Source: Eledone cirrhosa (Eukaryota). Taken from it: a stretch of DNA of 64,000 nt. The DNA lies in contig OZ024744.1 of the NCBI GenBank assembly GCA_964016885.1, forward strand, positions 53,444,001-53,508,000, in the 5' to 3' direction. Of the stretch, positions 14,686 through 28,700 are shown in pieces (position 1 is the stretch's first letter; each line of letters starts with the position of its first letter). The translations under genes and the position numbers were made by a program. The notes under the pieces are model-generated. The model did not search any database, was not told the DNA's origin, and saw only the letters and a list, made by a program, of their open reading frames with translations.

Positions 14686-16899
14686 ACCACCACTTTCACC
14701 AGCATCGTCGATATCACTATGACCACGAGCACTCTCACCAACATCATTATGACCACCAGCACTCTAACGAACATCAGCAATATCACTATGACCACCAACA
14801 CTCTCAACAACATCACTATGATCACCATCACTCTCACCAACATCATTATAACCACCTGCACTCTCACCAACATCACTATGACCACCATCCCTCTTATCAA
14901 TATTACTATGACCAACAGCTCTCTCAGCAATATCACTATGACCAACAGCACTCTCACGAACATCACTATGTCACCAGCACTCTGAGCAATATCACTCTGA
15001 CCACCACCACTCTCAACCGCATAAATATGACCACCAGCACTCTCACCAGCATCACCAATATCACTATGACCACCAGCACTCTCACCAACATCACCAATAT
15101 AACTATGACCACCAGCACTCTCACCAACACCACTATAACAACCAGCACTCTCACCAACATCACTATGACCACCATCACCATCACTAAATTCACCAATATC
15201 ATTCTGACCACCAGCTCTCTCACCAACATCACTATGACCACAGGCTCTCTCTAACATAACCAATATCTCTACGACCAGCAATACTCTCACCACATCACTA
15301 TGAGCACCAAGACCCCCACCAGCACCACCAACATTATCAACATTACTATGTCCATCAGCTCTGTCACCAACATCACTATGACCACCACCACCCTCACCAA
15401 CATTACTATGACCACCAGCATTCTCACCAAATTCACTATGACCACCAGCCCTCTCACAAACATCACCAATATCACTATGACCACCAGCCCTCTCACCGAC
15501 ATCACTGTGACCTACATCACTCTCACCAACATCACTATGACCAGTAGCACTCTTACCTATATTACTATGACCACCAGCTCTCTCGCCAATATCTCTATGA
15601 CCACCAACACTCTCAACAACATCACTATGACCACCAGCACGCTCACCAGCACCAGCAATATCTCTATGACCAGAGGCACGCTCACCAACATCACGAACAT
15701 TACTATGGCCACCAGCAACCTCACCACAATTACTACTATCAGCATAATGCTCACCGACATCACCAATATCACTATGACCACCAGCACTCTCACCAACATC
15801 ACTATGACTACCAGCACCAGCACCAGCACAAACATCACCAATATCACTATGACCACCAGCACTGTCATCAACATCATCAATATCACTATGAAAACTAGCA
15901 CTCTCACCAACATTACTATGACCACCAGTACTCTCACAAACATTACTACGACCACCAGCACTCTCAACAACATCAGTAATGTCACTATGACCACCAACAC
16001 TGTCACCAATATCACAATGACCACCAGCATTTTCCGCAACAACACTATGACCAGGAGCAGTCTCACCAACATCACTATGAACAACAGCACTCTCACCAAC
16101 ATCACCAATATCACTCTGACCACCAGCACTATCACTAATTTCACTATGATAACCAGCACCCTCACCAACATCACTATGACCACCAGCACTCTCACCAACA
16201 TCACCAATATCACTAAGACCAGCAGCACACTCACCAACATCAGCAAAATCACCAACATCACTATGACCACCAGCACACTCACCAATATTACTATGACGAT
16301 CAGCACTCTCACCAGCATCACTATGACCACGAGCACCCTCACCAACATCACTATGACCACCACCACTCTGACGAACTTCCCTATGACGACGAGCACCCTC
16401 ACCAACATCACTATGACCACCAGCACTGTCACCAACATCACCAATATCACTAAGACCACCAGCAAACTCACCAACATCACCAATATCACTATGACCACCA
16501 GCACTATCACTATTTTCACTATGACAACCAGCACCCTCACCAACATCACTATGACCACCAGCATTCTCACCAACATCACACATATCACTAAGACCACCAG
16601 CACACTCACCAACATCAGCAACATCACCAATATCACTATGACCACCAGCCCTCTCACCAACATTACTATGACCACCAGCTCTTTCACCAAAATTGCTATC
16701 ACCACCAGCACTCTCAGCAACATCATTATAACCACCAGCGCTCTCACCAACATCACCAATATTACTATGACGATCAGCACTCCCACCAACATTACTATGA
16801 CCACCAGCACTCTCAACAATATCACAATGACCACCAGCACTCTCACCCACATTATTATGACCACCAGCACTCTCACCAACATCACCCATATCACTATGA

Positions 16900-17720
16900 C
16901 CATCAGCATACTAACCAACATCGCTATGACCAGCAGCACTCTCACCAACATGACTATGACCAGCAGCACTCTGAGCAACTTCCCTAAGACCACCAGAACT
17001 CTCACCAAAATCACTATGCCACCAGCTCTCTCACCAACATCACTATGACCACCAGCAACCTCACCAACATGACCAAAATCACTATGACCACTAGCTCTCT
17101 CACCAACATCACTATGACCACGAGCACCCTCATCAACATCATTATGAACACAAGCACCCTCACCAACATCACCAACATCACTATGACCACCAGCACTATC
17201 ACTAATTTCACTATGACAACCAGCACCCTCACCAACATCACTATGACTACCAGCACTCTCATCAACATCACCAATATCACTAAGACTACCAGCACACTCA
17301 CCAACATCAGCAACGTCACCAATATCACTATGACCACCAGCCCACTCACAAACATTACTATGACCACCAGCTCTCTCACCAATATTACTATGACGACCAG
17401 CACTCTCACCAACAATACTATGACCACCAGCACTCTCACCAATATCACAATGACCAACAGCAATCTCACCAACATTGCTATGACCAGCAGCACTCTCACC
17501 AACATGACTATGACCAGCAGCACTCTGACCAAATTTCCTAAGAACACCAGCACTCTCACCAAAATCACTATGCCACCAGCTCTCTCACCAACATCACTAT
17601 GACAACCAGCAACCTCACCAACATCACCAAAATCACTATGACCACTAGCTCTCTCACCAGCATCACTATGACCACCAGCACCCTCTTCAACATCACTATG
17701 AACACCAGCACCCTCACCAA
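16900..17720 (+). repeat. Diverged local duplication, offset ~554 bp
   Basis: The motif GCTATGACCAGCAGC...CCTAAGA...AAAATCACTATGCCACCAGCTCT, which includes a 1-bp deletion (ATGCC), occurs at ~17015 and ~17569. Confidence 0.75.
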
Positions 17721-18766
17721 CATCACCAACATCACTATGACCCCAGCACTCTCACCAGCATCACTTAGACTATCAGTAACCTCACCAACATCACCAAAAT
17801 CACTATGACCACTAGCTCTCTCACCAAAATAACTATGACCACGAGCACCCTCTTCAACATCACTATGAACACCAGCACACTCACCAACATCACCAGTATC
17901 ACTATGGTCAGCAGCACTCTCACCAACATCACCATGACCACCAGCACACTCACCAACATCACCAATATCACTCAGACCACCAGCACTCTCACCAATGTCA
18001 CTATGACAACCAGCACGCTCACCAACATTACTATGACCACCAGCTCACTCACCGACATCACTATGACCACCAGCACACTCACCAACAACACTATGACAAC
18101 CTGAACTCTCAACAACATCACCAATATAACTATGACCACCAGCACTCTCACCTGCATCACTATGACCACGAACACTCTCTCCAATATCACTATGACCACC
18201 AGCACTCTCACCCAAATACCAACATCTGTATGACCACCATCACACTCAACAATACCACTATGACAAGCAGCACTCTCAACAACATCACTATGACCACCAG
18301 CACTTACCAACATTAATATGACCACCAGCTCTCTCACCAACATCACTGTGACCACCAGCATGCTCACCTACATCACTATGACATCCAGCACTCTCTCCAC
18401 CAACACTATTACGACCAACACTCTCACCACCATTGCCAATATCACTATGACCACCAGCTCTCTCACCAACATCACTATGACCACCAGCATTCTCACCCTC
18501 AACATTATGACCACCAGCTCTCTTACCAACATCACCATGACCACCAGCACTCTCACCAACATCACTATGACCACCAGCACAATCACCAACTTCACCAATA
18601 TCACTATGACCACCAGCACTCTCATCAATATTACTATGACCACCAGCTCTCTCAGAAACATCACCAATATCACTATGCCACCAGCTCTCTCACCAACATC
18701 ACTATGACCAGCAGCACCCTCACCAACATCACCAATATCGCTATGACCACTAGCACTCACACACGC

Positions 18767-19885
18767 ATCACTATGACCACCAGCACTCTCAGCAACATCA
18801 CCAATATCAGTAAGACCACCAGCACACTCACCAACATCAGCAACATCACCAACATCACTATGACCACCAGCACTCTCACCAACATTACTATGACCACCAG
18901 CACTCTCACCAACATCACTATGGCCACCAGCACCCTCACGAACATTAATATGACCACCAGCACTCTCAGCAACACAACCAATATGCCTATGACAACCAGC
19001 ACTCTCACCAACATCACTATGACCACCAGCACTCTCAGCAACATCACCAATATCAGTAAGACCACCAGCACACTCACCAACATCAGCAACATCACCAACA
19101 TCACTATGACCACCAGCACTCTCACCAACATTACTATGACCACCAGCACTCTCACCAACATCACTATGGCCACCAGCACCCTCACCAACATTAATATGAC
19201 CACCAGCACTCTCAGCAACATAACCAATATGCCTATGACAACCAGCACTCTCACCAACATCACTATGACCACCAGCACTCTCACCAACATCACCAATATC
19301 AGTAAGACCACCAGCACACTCACCAACATCAGCAACATCACCAACATCACTATGACCACCAGCACTCTCACCAACATTACTATGACCACCAGCACTCTCA
19401 CCAACATCACTATGGCCACCAGCACCCTCACCAACATTAATATGACCACCAACACTCTCAGCAACATAACCAATATGCCTATGACAACCAACACTCTCAC
19501 CAACATCACTATGACCACCAGCACTCTCAGCAACATCACCAATATCAGTAAGACCACCAGCACACTCACCAACATCAGCAACATCACCAACATCACTATG
19601 ACCACCAGCACTCTCACCAACATTACTATGACCACCAGCACTCTCACCAACATCACTATGGCCACCAGCACCCTCACCAACATTAATATGACCACCAGCA
19701 CTCTCAGCAACATAACCAATATGCCTATGACAACCAGCACTCTCACCAACATCACTATGACCACCAGCACCCTCACCAACATCACCAATATCAGTAAGAC
19801 CACCAGCACACTCACCAACATCAGCAACATCACCAACATCACTATGACCACCAGCACTCTCACCAACATTACTATGACCACCAGC
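18767..19885 (+). repeat. 246-bp higher-order repeat (7 monomers: 39+48+30+30+30+39+30), about 4.5 copies
   Basis: TATCAGTAAGACC occurs at 18805, 19051, 19297, 19543 and 19789, an exact 246-bp spacing. The 82-aa periodicity is visible in ORF 18704..20524. Confidence 0.96.
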
Positions 19886-21749
19886 TCTCTCACCAAAATT
19901 TCTATGACCACCAGCACTCTCACCAACATCATTATAACCACCAGCGCTCTCACCAACATCACCAATATTACTATGACTATCTGCACTCTAACCAACATTA
20001 CGATGACCACCAGCACTCTCACCAATATCACAATGACCACCAGCACTCTCACCCACATTACTATGACCATCAGCACTCTCACCAACATCACCCATATCAC
20101 TATGACCAACAGCACTCTCACCAACATGACTATGACCAGCAGCATTCTGACGAACTTCCCTATGACCAGCAGCACTCTCACCAAAATCACTATGACCACC
20201 AGCAACCTCACCAACATCACTAAAATCACTATGACCACTAGCTCTCTCACAAACATCATTATGACCACGAGCACCCTCATCAACATCACTATGAACACCA
20301 GCACCATCTCCAACATCACCAGTATCACTATGGTCAGCAGCACTTTCACCAGCAACACTATCACCACCAGCACTCTCACTAACCTCACCACCAGCACTCT
20401 CAGCAACATAACCAATATGCCTATGACAACCAACACTCTCACCAACATCACTATGACCACCAGCACTCCCACCAACATCACCAACATCACTATGATCCCA
20501 GCACTCTCACCAACATCACTATGACCACCAGCACTCTCACCAACATCACCAACATCACTATGACCCCAGCACTCTCAGCAACATCACCAAGACCATCAGC
20601 ACCCTAACCAACATCACCAATATCACTATGACCACCAGCATACTCTCACCAACATCACCAATATCACTATGACCACCAGCATACTCTCCAACATCACCAA
20701 CGTGACTATGACCACCAGCTCTCTCACCAAAATTGCTAAGAACACCAACACTCTCACCAACATCACTATGACCACCAGCACCCTCATCAACATCACTATG
20801 AACACCAGCACCCCCACCAACATCACCAGTATCACTATGGTCAGCAGCACTCTCACCAGCAACACCAACATCATTATGACCACCAGGACACTCACAAACA
20901 TCACCAACATGACTATGAAAACCAGCACTCTCACCAACATTACTATGATCACCAGCATTCTCACCAGCGTCACTATCATCACCAGCACGCTCACCAACAA
21001 CACTATGACCACCAGTACCCTCACAAACATCACCAATATCACTACGACCACCAGCATTCTCACCAACATTACTATGACCAGCAGCTCTCTCACCAACATC
21101 ACTATGACCACCAGCACTCTCACCAAAAACATTATGACCACCAGAACTCTCACCAGCATCACTATAACCACCAGCACTCTCACCAACATCACCAATATAA
21201 CTATGACCACCAGCATTCTCACCAACATCACTATGACGACCGTCACTCTCACCAACATCACCAATATCACTATGACCACCAGCACTCTCAACATCATCAC
21301 CAACTTCACTATGACCAGAAGCACTCTCACCAACATCACTACGACCACCAGTACCCTCACCAACATCACCAATATCACTATGATCACCAGCACTCTCACC
21401 ACCAGCACTCTCACTAACATCAACAATAACTCTATGATCACCAGCACTCTCATCAGCATTACTATGACCACAAGCACCCTCACCAACATCAACAATATCA
21501 CTATGATCACCAGAACTTTCACCAGCATCACTATGACCACCAGCACTCTCACGAAGATTACTCTGACCACCAGCACTCTCTCCAACATCACTAGGAGCAC
21601 CTGCACTCTCACCAACATCACTATCACCACCAACCCTCTCACCAACATCCCTATGAACACCAGCACTCTCACCACCATCACTATGACCACCAGCAACCTC
21701 ATCTACATCACAAATATCACTAGGACTACCAGCACTCTCCTCAACATAT

Positions 21750-23250
21750 CTATGACCACCAGCACTCTCACCAGCATCACCAATATCACTATGACTACCA
21801 GCACTCTTCTCAACATATCTATGACTAGCAGCTCTGTCACCAACATCACTATGACCACCAGCATTCTCACCAACATCACTATCGCCACCAACCCACTCAC
21901 CAACATCACTATGACCACCAGCTCTCTCACCATCACCACTATGACCACCAGCAACCTCACCTACATCACCAATATCACCATGACCACCAGTACTTTGCCA
22001 ATATCACTATGACCAACAGCACCGTCACCCACATTGCTATGACCACCAGCACTCTGACGAACTTCCCTATGACCAGCAGCACTCTCCCCAAAATCCCTAT
22101 GACCAACAGCTCTCTCACCAAAATCACTATGAACACGAGCACCCTCATCAACATCACTATGAACACCAGCACCCTCGCCAACATCACCAGTATCTCTATG
22201 GTCAGCAGCACCCTCACCAGCAACACTATCACCACAAGCACTCTCATTAACATCACCAATATCACTATGACCACCAGCACTCTCACCAACATCACCATGA
22301 CCACTACCACACTTACCAACATCACCAATATCACTCAGACCACCAGCTCTCTCACCAATATCACTATGACAACCAAAACTCTCAACAACATCACCAATAT
22401 AACTATGACCACCAGCACTCTCACCAGCGTCACTATGACCACCAGCACTCTCACCAATATCACTATGACCACCAGCACTCTCACCAAAATACCAACATCT
22501 GTATGACCACCAGCACACTCAACAACACCACTATGACCACCAGCACTCTCAACAACATCCCTATGACCACCAGCACTCTCACCAACATTAATGTGACCAC
22601 CAGCTCTCTCACCAATATCACTGTGACCACCAGCATGCTCACCAACATCACTATGACATCCAGCACTCTCACCAACAACACTATAACGACCAGCACTCTC
22701 ACCAACATTACCAATAACACTATGACCACCAGCTCTCTCACCAACATCACTATGACCACCAGCATTCTCACCCTCGAGATTATGACCATCAGCTCTCTCA
22801 CCAACATCACCATGACCACCAGCACTCTCACCAACATCACTATGACCACCAGCACCATCACCAACTTCACCAATATCACTATGACCACCATCATTCTCAG
22901 CAATATCACAATGACTACCAGCATCTTTCCCAACATTTCTATGACCAGCAGATCTCCCACCAACATCAATATGACCACCAGCACTCTCACCAGCATCACA
23001 ATCACCACCAACCCTGTCACCAACATCACTATGACCACCAGCACTCTCACCAACATAAGCAATATCACTATGACAACGAGCACTCTCACCAACATCACTA
23101 TGACCACCAGCACTCTCACCAACATCACCAATATTACTATGAGCACCAACCCTCTCACCAACATCACTATGACCACCAGGACTCTCACCAACACCACTAT
23201 GACCACCAGCACCCTCACCAACATCAGCAACATCACTATGACCACCAGCA
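21750..23250 (+). repeat. Block duplicated at ~27340-28700 (offset ~5.45-5.6 kb), with a partial third copy at ~17900-18620
   Basis: Shared rare markers: CAGTACTTTGCCAAT (~21988, ~27578) and ACCAACATCTGTATG (~18218, ~22491, ~27970). Minus ORFs 22335..23255 and 27814..28704 are near-identical. Confidence 0.88.
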
Positions 23251-26200
23251 CTCACGCCAACATTACTATGAGCAACATCACTATGACCATCAACACTCTC
23301 ACCATCATCACTATAACCACCAGCACCGTCACTAACATCACCAATATCATTATGCCCACCAGCACTGTCATCAATATCACTATCACCACCAGCACTCTCA
23401 CCAGCATCACTATGACAATCAGCACTCTCACTAACATTACTATGACGACCAGCACTCTCTCAAATATCTCTGTGACCACCAGCACTCTCATCAACATTAA
23501 CAACAACACTAGGACCACCAGCACTCTCACTAACTTTACTATGATCACCAGCTCTCTCAGCAACATCACTATGACCACCAGCACTCTCACCAACATCACT
23601 ATGACCACCAGCCCTCTCACCATCACCTCTATGACCACCAGCAACCTCACCTACATCACCAATATAACTATGACCACCAGCATTCTGACCAATATCACTA
23701 TGACCAACAGCACTCTCACCCACGTCAGTATGATCACCAGCACTCTGACGAACTTCCCTATGACCACCAGCACTCTCCCCCAAATCCTTATGACCACCAG
23801 CTCTCTCACCAACATCACTATGACCACAAGCACCCTCACCAACATCACTATGAACACCAACACCCTCTCCAACATCACCATATCACTATGACCACCAGCA
23901 CTCTCAACTACATCACCAACATCACCATCACCTCCAGCACTCTCACTAACATCACTATGACCACCAGTACCCTCACCAACATCACCAATATCACTATGAC
24001 CACCAGCACTCTCACCACCAGCACTCTCACTAACATCACCAATATCACTATGACCACCAGCCCTCGCACAACATCACCAACATCACTATGACCCCCAGTA
24101 CTCTCACGAACATCACCAATATCACTATGACCACCACCATTCTCACCAATATCACCAATATCACTATGACCACCAGCACACTCACCAACATCACCGACAT
24201 GCCTATGACAACCAGCACTCTCACCAACATTACCAACAATACTATGGCCGCCAGCAGTCTCACTAACATTACTATGACCACCAGCTCTCTCACCAACATC
24301 ACTATGACCACCAGTACTCTCACCAATAACACTATGACCACCAGCACTCTCACCAACATCTCTATAACCACCAGCACTCTCACCAACATCACCAATATCA
24401 CTATGACCACCAGCACACTCACAAACAACACCGACATGTCTATGACAACCAGCACTCTCACCTACATCACTATGACCACCAGTACTCTCACCAATAACAC
24501 TATGACCACCAGCACTCTCACCAGCATCACTATAACCACCAGCACTCTCACCAACATCACCAACATAACTATGACCACCAGCATTCTCACCAGCATCACT
24601 ATGACCACCGTCACTCTCACCAACATCACCAATATCACTATGACCACCAGCACCCCCAACAACATCACCAACATCACTATGACCATCAGCACTCTCACCA
24701 ACATCACTATGACCACGAGCTCCCTCACCAACATCAACAATATCACTATGATCACCAGCACTCTCACCAGCATCACTATGACCACCAGCACTCTCACGAA
24801 GATTGCTCTGACCACCAGCACTCTCTCCAAAATCACTTTGACCACCAGCACTCTCACCAACATCTCTATGACCAAGAGCATTCTCCTCAACATATCTATG
24901 ACCAGCAGCTCTCTCACCAACATCACTAGGAGCACCTGCACTCTCACCAACATCACTATCACCACCAACCCTGTTACCAACATCCCTATGAACACCAGCA
25001 CTCTCACCACCACCACTATGACCATCAGCAACCTCATCTACATCACAAATATAACTATGACTAACAGCACTCTGACCAATATCACTATGACCAACAGCAC
25101 TCTCACCCACATCACTATGACCAGCAGCACTCAGACGAACTTCCCTATGACCACCAGCACTCTCCCCAAAATCCCTATGACCAACAGCTCTCTCACCAAC
25201 ATTACTATGACCATGAGCACCCTGACCAACATCACTATGAACACCAGCAACCTCACCAACATCACCAGAATCACTATGACCACTAGCTCTCTCACCAACA
25301 TCACTATGACCACAAGCACCCTCTTCAACATCACTATGAACACCAGCACCCTCACCAATATCACCAGTATCACTATGGTCAGCAGCACTCTCACCAGCAA
25401 CACTATCACCACCAGCACTCTCACTAACATTACCAACATCATTAAGACCACCAGCTCTCACACCAACATCACCAACATCACTATGACCCCAGCACACTCA
25501 CAAACATCACCAATATCACTACGACCACCAGCATTCTCACCAACATTACTATGACCATCAGCACTCTCACCAGCATCACCAATATCACTATGACAACCAG
25601 CACTCTCACCAACATTACTATGAAGACCAGCACTCTCTCCAAAATCCCTATGACCACCAGCACTCTCAGCAACATTATCAACAACACTATGAACGCCAGC
25701 ACTCTCACTAACATGACTATGACCAGCAGCTCTCTCACCAACATCACTATGACCACCAGCACTCTCACCAACAACATTATGACCACCAGAACTCTCACCA
25801 GCATCACTATAACCCCCAGCACTCTCACCAACATCACCAATATAACTATGACCACCAGCATTCTCACCAACATCACTATGACCACCGTCACTCTCACCAA
25901 CATCACCAATATCACTATGACCACCAGCACTCTCAACATCATCACCAACTTCACTATGACCAGAAGCACTCTGACCAACATCACTACGACCACGAGCTCC
26001 CTCACCAACATCAACAATAACACTATGATCACCAGCACTCTCATCAGCATCACTATGACCACCAGCACTCTCACCAACATAACTCTGACCACCAGCACTC
26101 TCTCCAACATCACTATGACCACCAGCACTCTCACCAACATCTCTATGACCACTAGCACGCTCACCAGCATCACCAATATCACTAGGACTACCAGCACTCT

Positions 26201-27339
26201 CCTCAACATATCTATGACCAGCAGCTCTCTCACCAACATCACTATGACCAAGAGCATTCTCCTCAACATATCTATGACCAGCAGCTCTCTCACCAACATC
26301 ACTAGGAGCACCTGCACTCTCACCAACATCACTATGAACACCAGCACTCTCACCAACAACACTATGACAACCAGCACTCGCACAAATATCACTATGACAA
26401 CCAGCAGTCTCACCAAATTCACCAATATTACTATGACAACGAGCACTCTCACCAACATCACTATGACCACCAGCACTCTCACCAAATCACCAACACAGTA
26501 TGACCACCAGCACACTCAACATCACCAGTATGACACCCAGCATTCTCGGCTATATCTCTATGATTACCAGCACCCTCACCAGCATCACTATGACCAACAG
26601 CAGCCTCACCAACACCACTATGACGACCAGCACTCTCACCACCATCAGCAACATCACTATGACCACCAGCACTCACACCAACATTACTATGAGCACCAGA
26701 TCTCTCACCATCATCACTATAACCACCACACCCTCACTTACATCACCAATATCACTATGCCCACCAGCACTCTCACCAATATCACTATCACTACCAGCAC
26801 TCTCAATAACATCACTATGACCACCATCACTCTCACCAACATTACTATGAACACCAGCACTCTCACCAGCATCACCAATATCACTATGACAATCAGCACT
26901 CTCACCAACATTACTATGACGACCAGCACTCTCTCAAATATGTCTATGACCACCAGCACCCTCACCAAAATTAACTACAACACTATGAACGCCAGCACTC
27001 TCACTAACATTACTATGACCACCAACTCTCTCAGCCACATTACTATGACCACCAACACTCTCACCAACAACACTATGACCACCAGCACTCTCACCAGCAT
27101 CACTATAACCACCAGCACTCTCACCAACATCACCAATATAACTATGTTCACCAGCACTCTCACCAGCATCACCAACATCACTATGACCACGAGTTCCGTC
27201 AGCAACATCAACAATATCACTATGATCATCAGCACTCTCACCAGCATCACTATGACCACCAGCACTCTCACCAACATTACTCTGACCACCAGCACTCTCA
27301 CCAACATCACTATGACCCCCAGCACTCTCATCAACATCT

Positions 27340-28700
27340 CTATGACTACCAGCACTCTCACCAGCATCACAAATATCACTATGACTACCAGCACTCTTCT
27401 CAACATATCTATGACTAGCAGCTCTCTCACCAACATCACTATGACCACCAGCATTCTCACCAACATCACTATCGCCACCAACCCACTCACCAACATCACT
27501 ATGACCACCAGCTCTCTCACCATCACCACTATGACCACCAGCAACCTCACCTACATCACCAATATCACCATGACCACCAGTACTTTGCCAATATCACTAT
27601 GACCAACAGCTCTCTCACCAAAATCAATATGAACACCAGCACCCTCGCCAACATCACCAGTATCTCTATGGTCAGCAGCACTCTCACCAGCAACACTATC
27701 ACCACAAGCACTCACATTAACATCACCAATATCACTATGACCACCAGCACTCTCACCAACATCTCCAATATCACTATGACCTCCAGCACACTTACCAACA
27801 TCACCAATATCACTCAGACCACCAGCTCTCTCACCAATATCACTATGACAACCAGAACTCTCAACAACATCACCAATATAACTATGACCACCAGCACTCT
27901 CACCAGCATCACTATGACCACCAGCACTCTCACCAATATCACTATGACCACCAGCACTCTCACCAAAATACCAACATCTGTATGACCACCAGCACACTCA
28001 ACAACACCACTATGACCACCAGCACTCTCATCAACATCACTATGACCACCAGCACTCTCACCAACATTAATATGACCACCAGCTCTCTCACCAATATCAC
28101 TGTGACCACCAGCATGCTCACCAACATCACTATGACATCCAGCACTCTCACCAACAACACTATAACGACTAGCACTCTCACCAACATTACCAATATCACT
28201 ATTACCACCAGCTCTCTCACCAACATCACTATGACCACCAGCATTCTCAACCTCGACACTATGACCATCAGCTCTCTCACCAACATCACCATGACCACCA
28301 GCACTCTCACCAACATCACTATGACCACCAGCACCATCTCCAACTTCACCAATATCACTATGACCACCATCATTCTCAGCAATATCACAATGACTACCAG
28401 CATCTTTCCCAACATTTCTATGACCAGCAGATCTCCCACCAACATCACTATGACCACCAGCACTCTCACCAACATCACTATCACCACCAACCCTGTCACC
28501 AACATCACTATGACCACCAGCACTCTCACCAACATAACCAATATCACTATGACAACGAGCACTCTCACCAACATCACTATGACCACCAGCACTCTCACCA
28601 ACATCACCAATATTACTATGAGCACCAACCCTCTCACCAACACCACTATGACCACCAGCACCCTCACCAACATCAGCAACAACACTAGGACCGCCAGCAC
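27340..28700 (+). repeat. Second copy of the 21750-23250 block, with whole-monomer deletions
   Basis: Same markers in the same order. The offset drops from 5590 to 5479 to 5449 along the block. Confidence 0.88.

Noticed and set aside
18757-20490. Val/Leu/Ile/Met-rich minus ORFs as multi-pass membrane proteins
   Set aside because: They are simply the antisense of the A-starting triplet frame, with an Arg every ~10 residues and no loops or topology.
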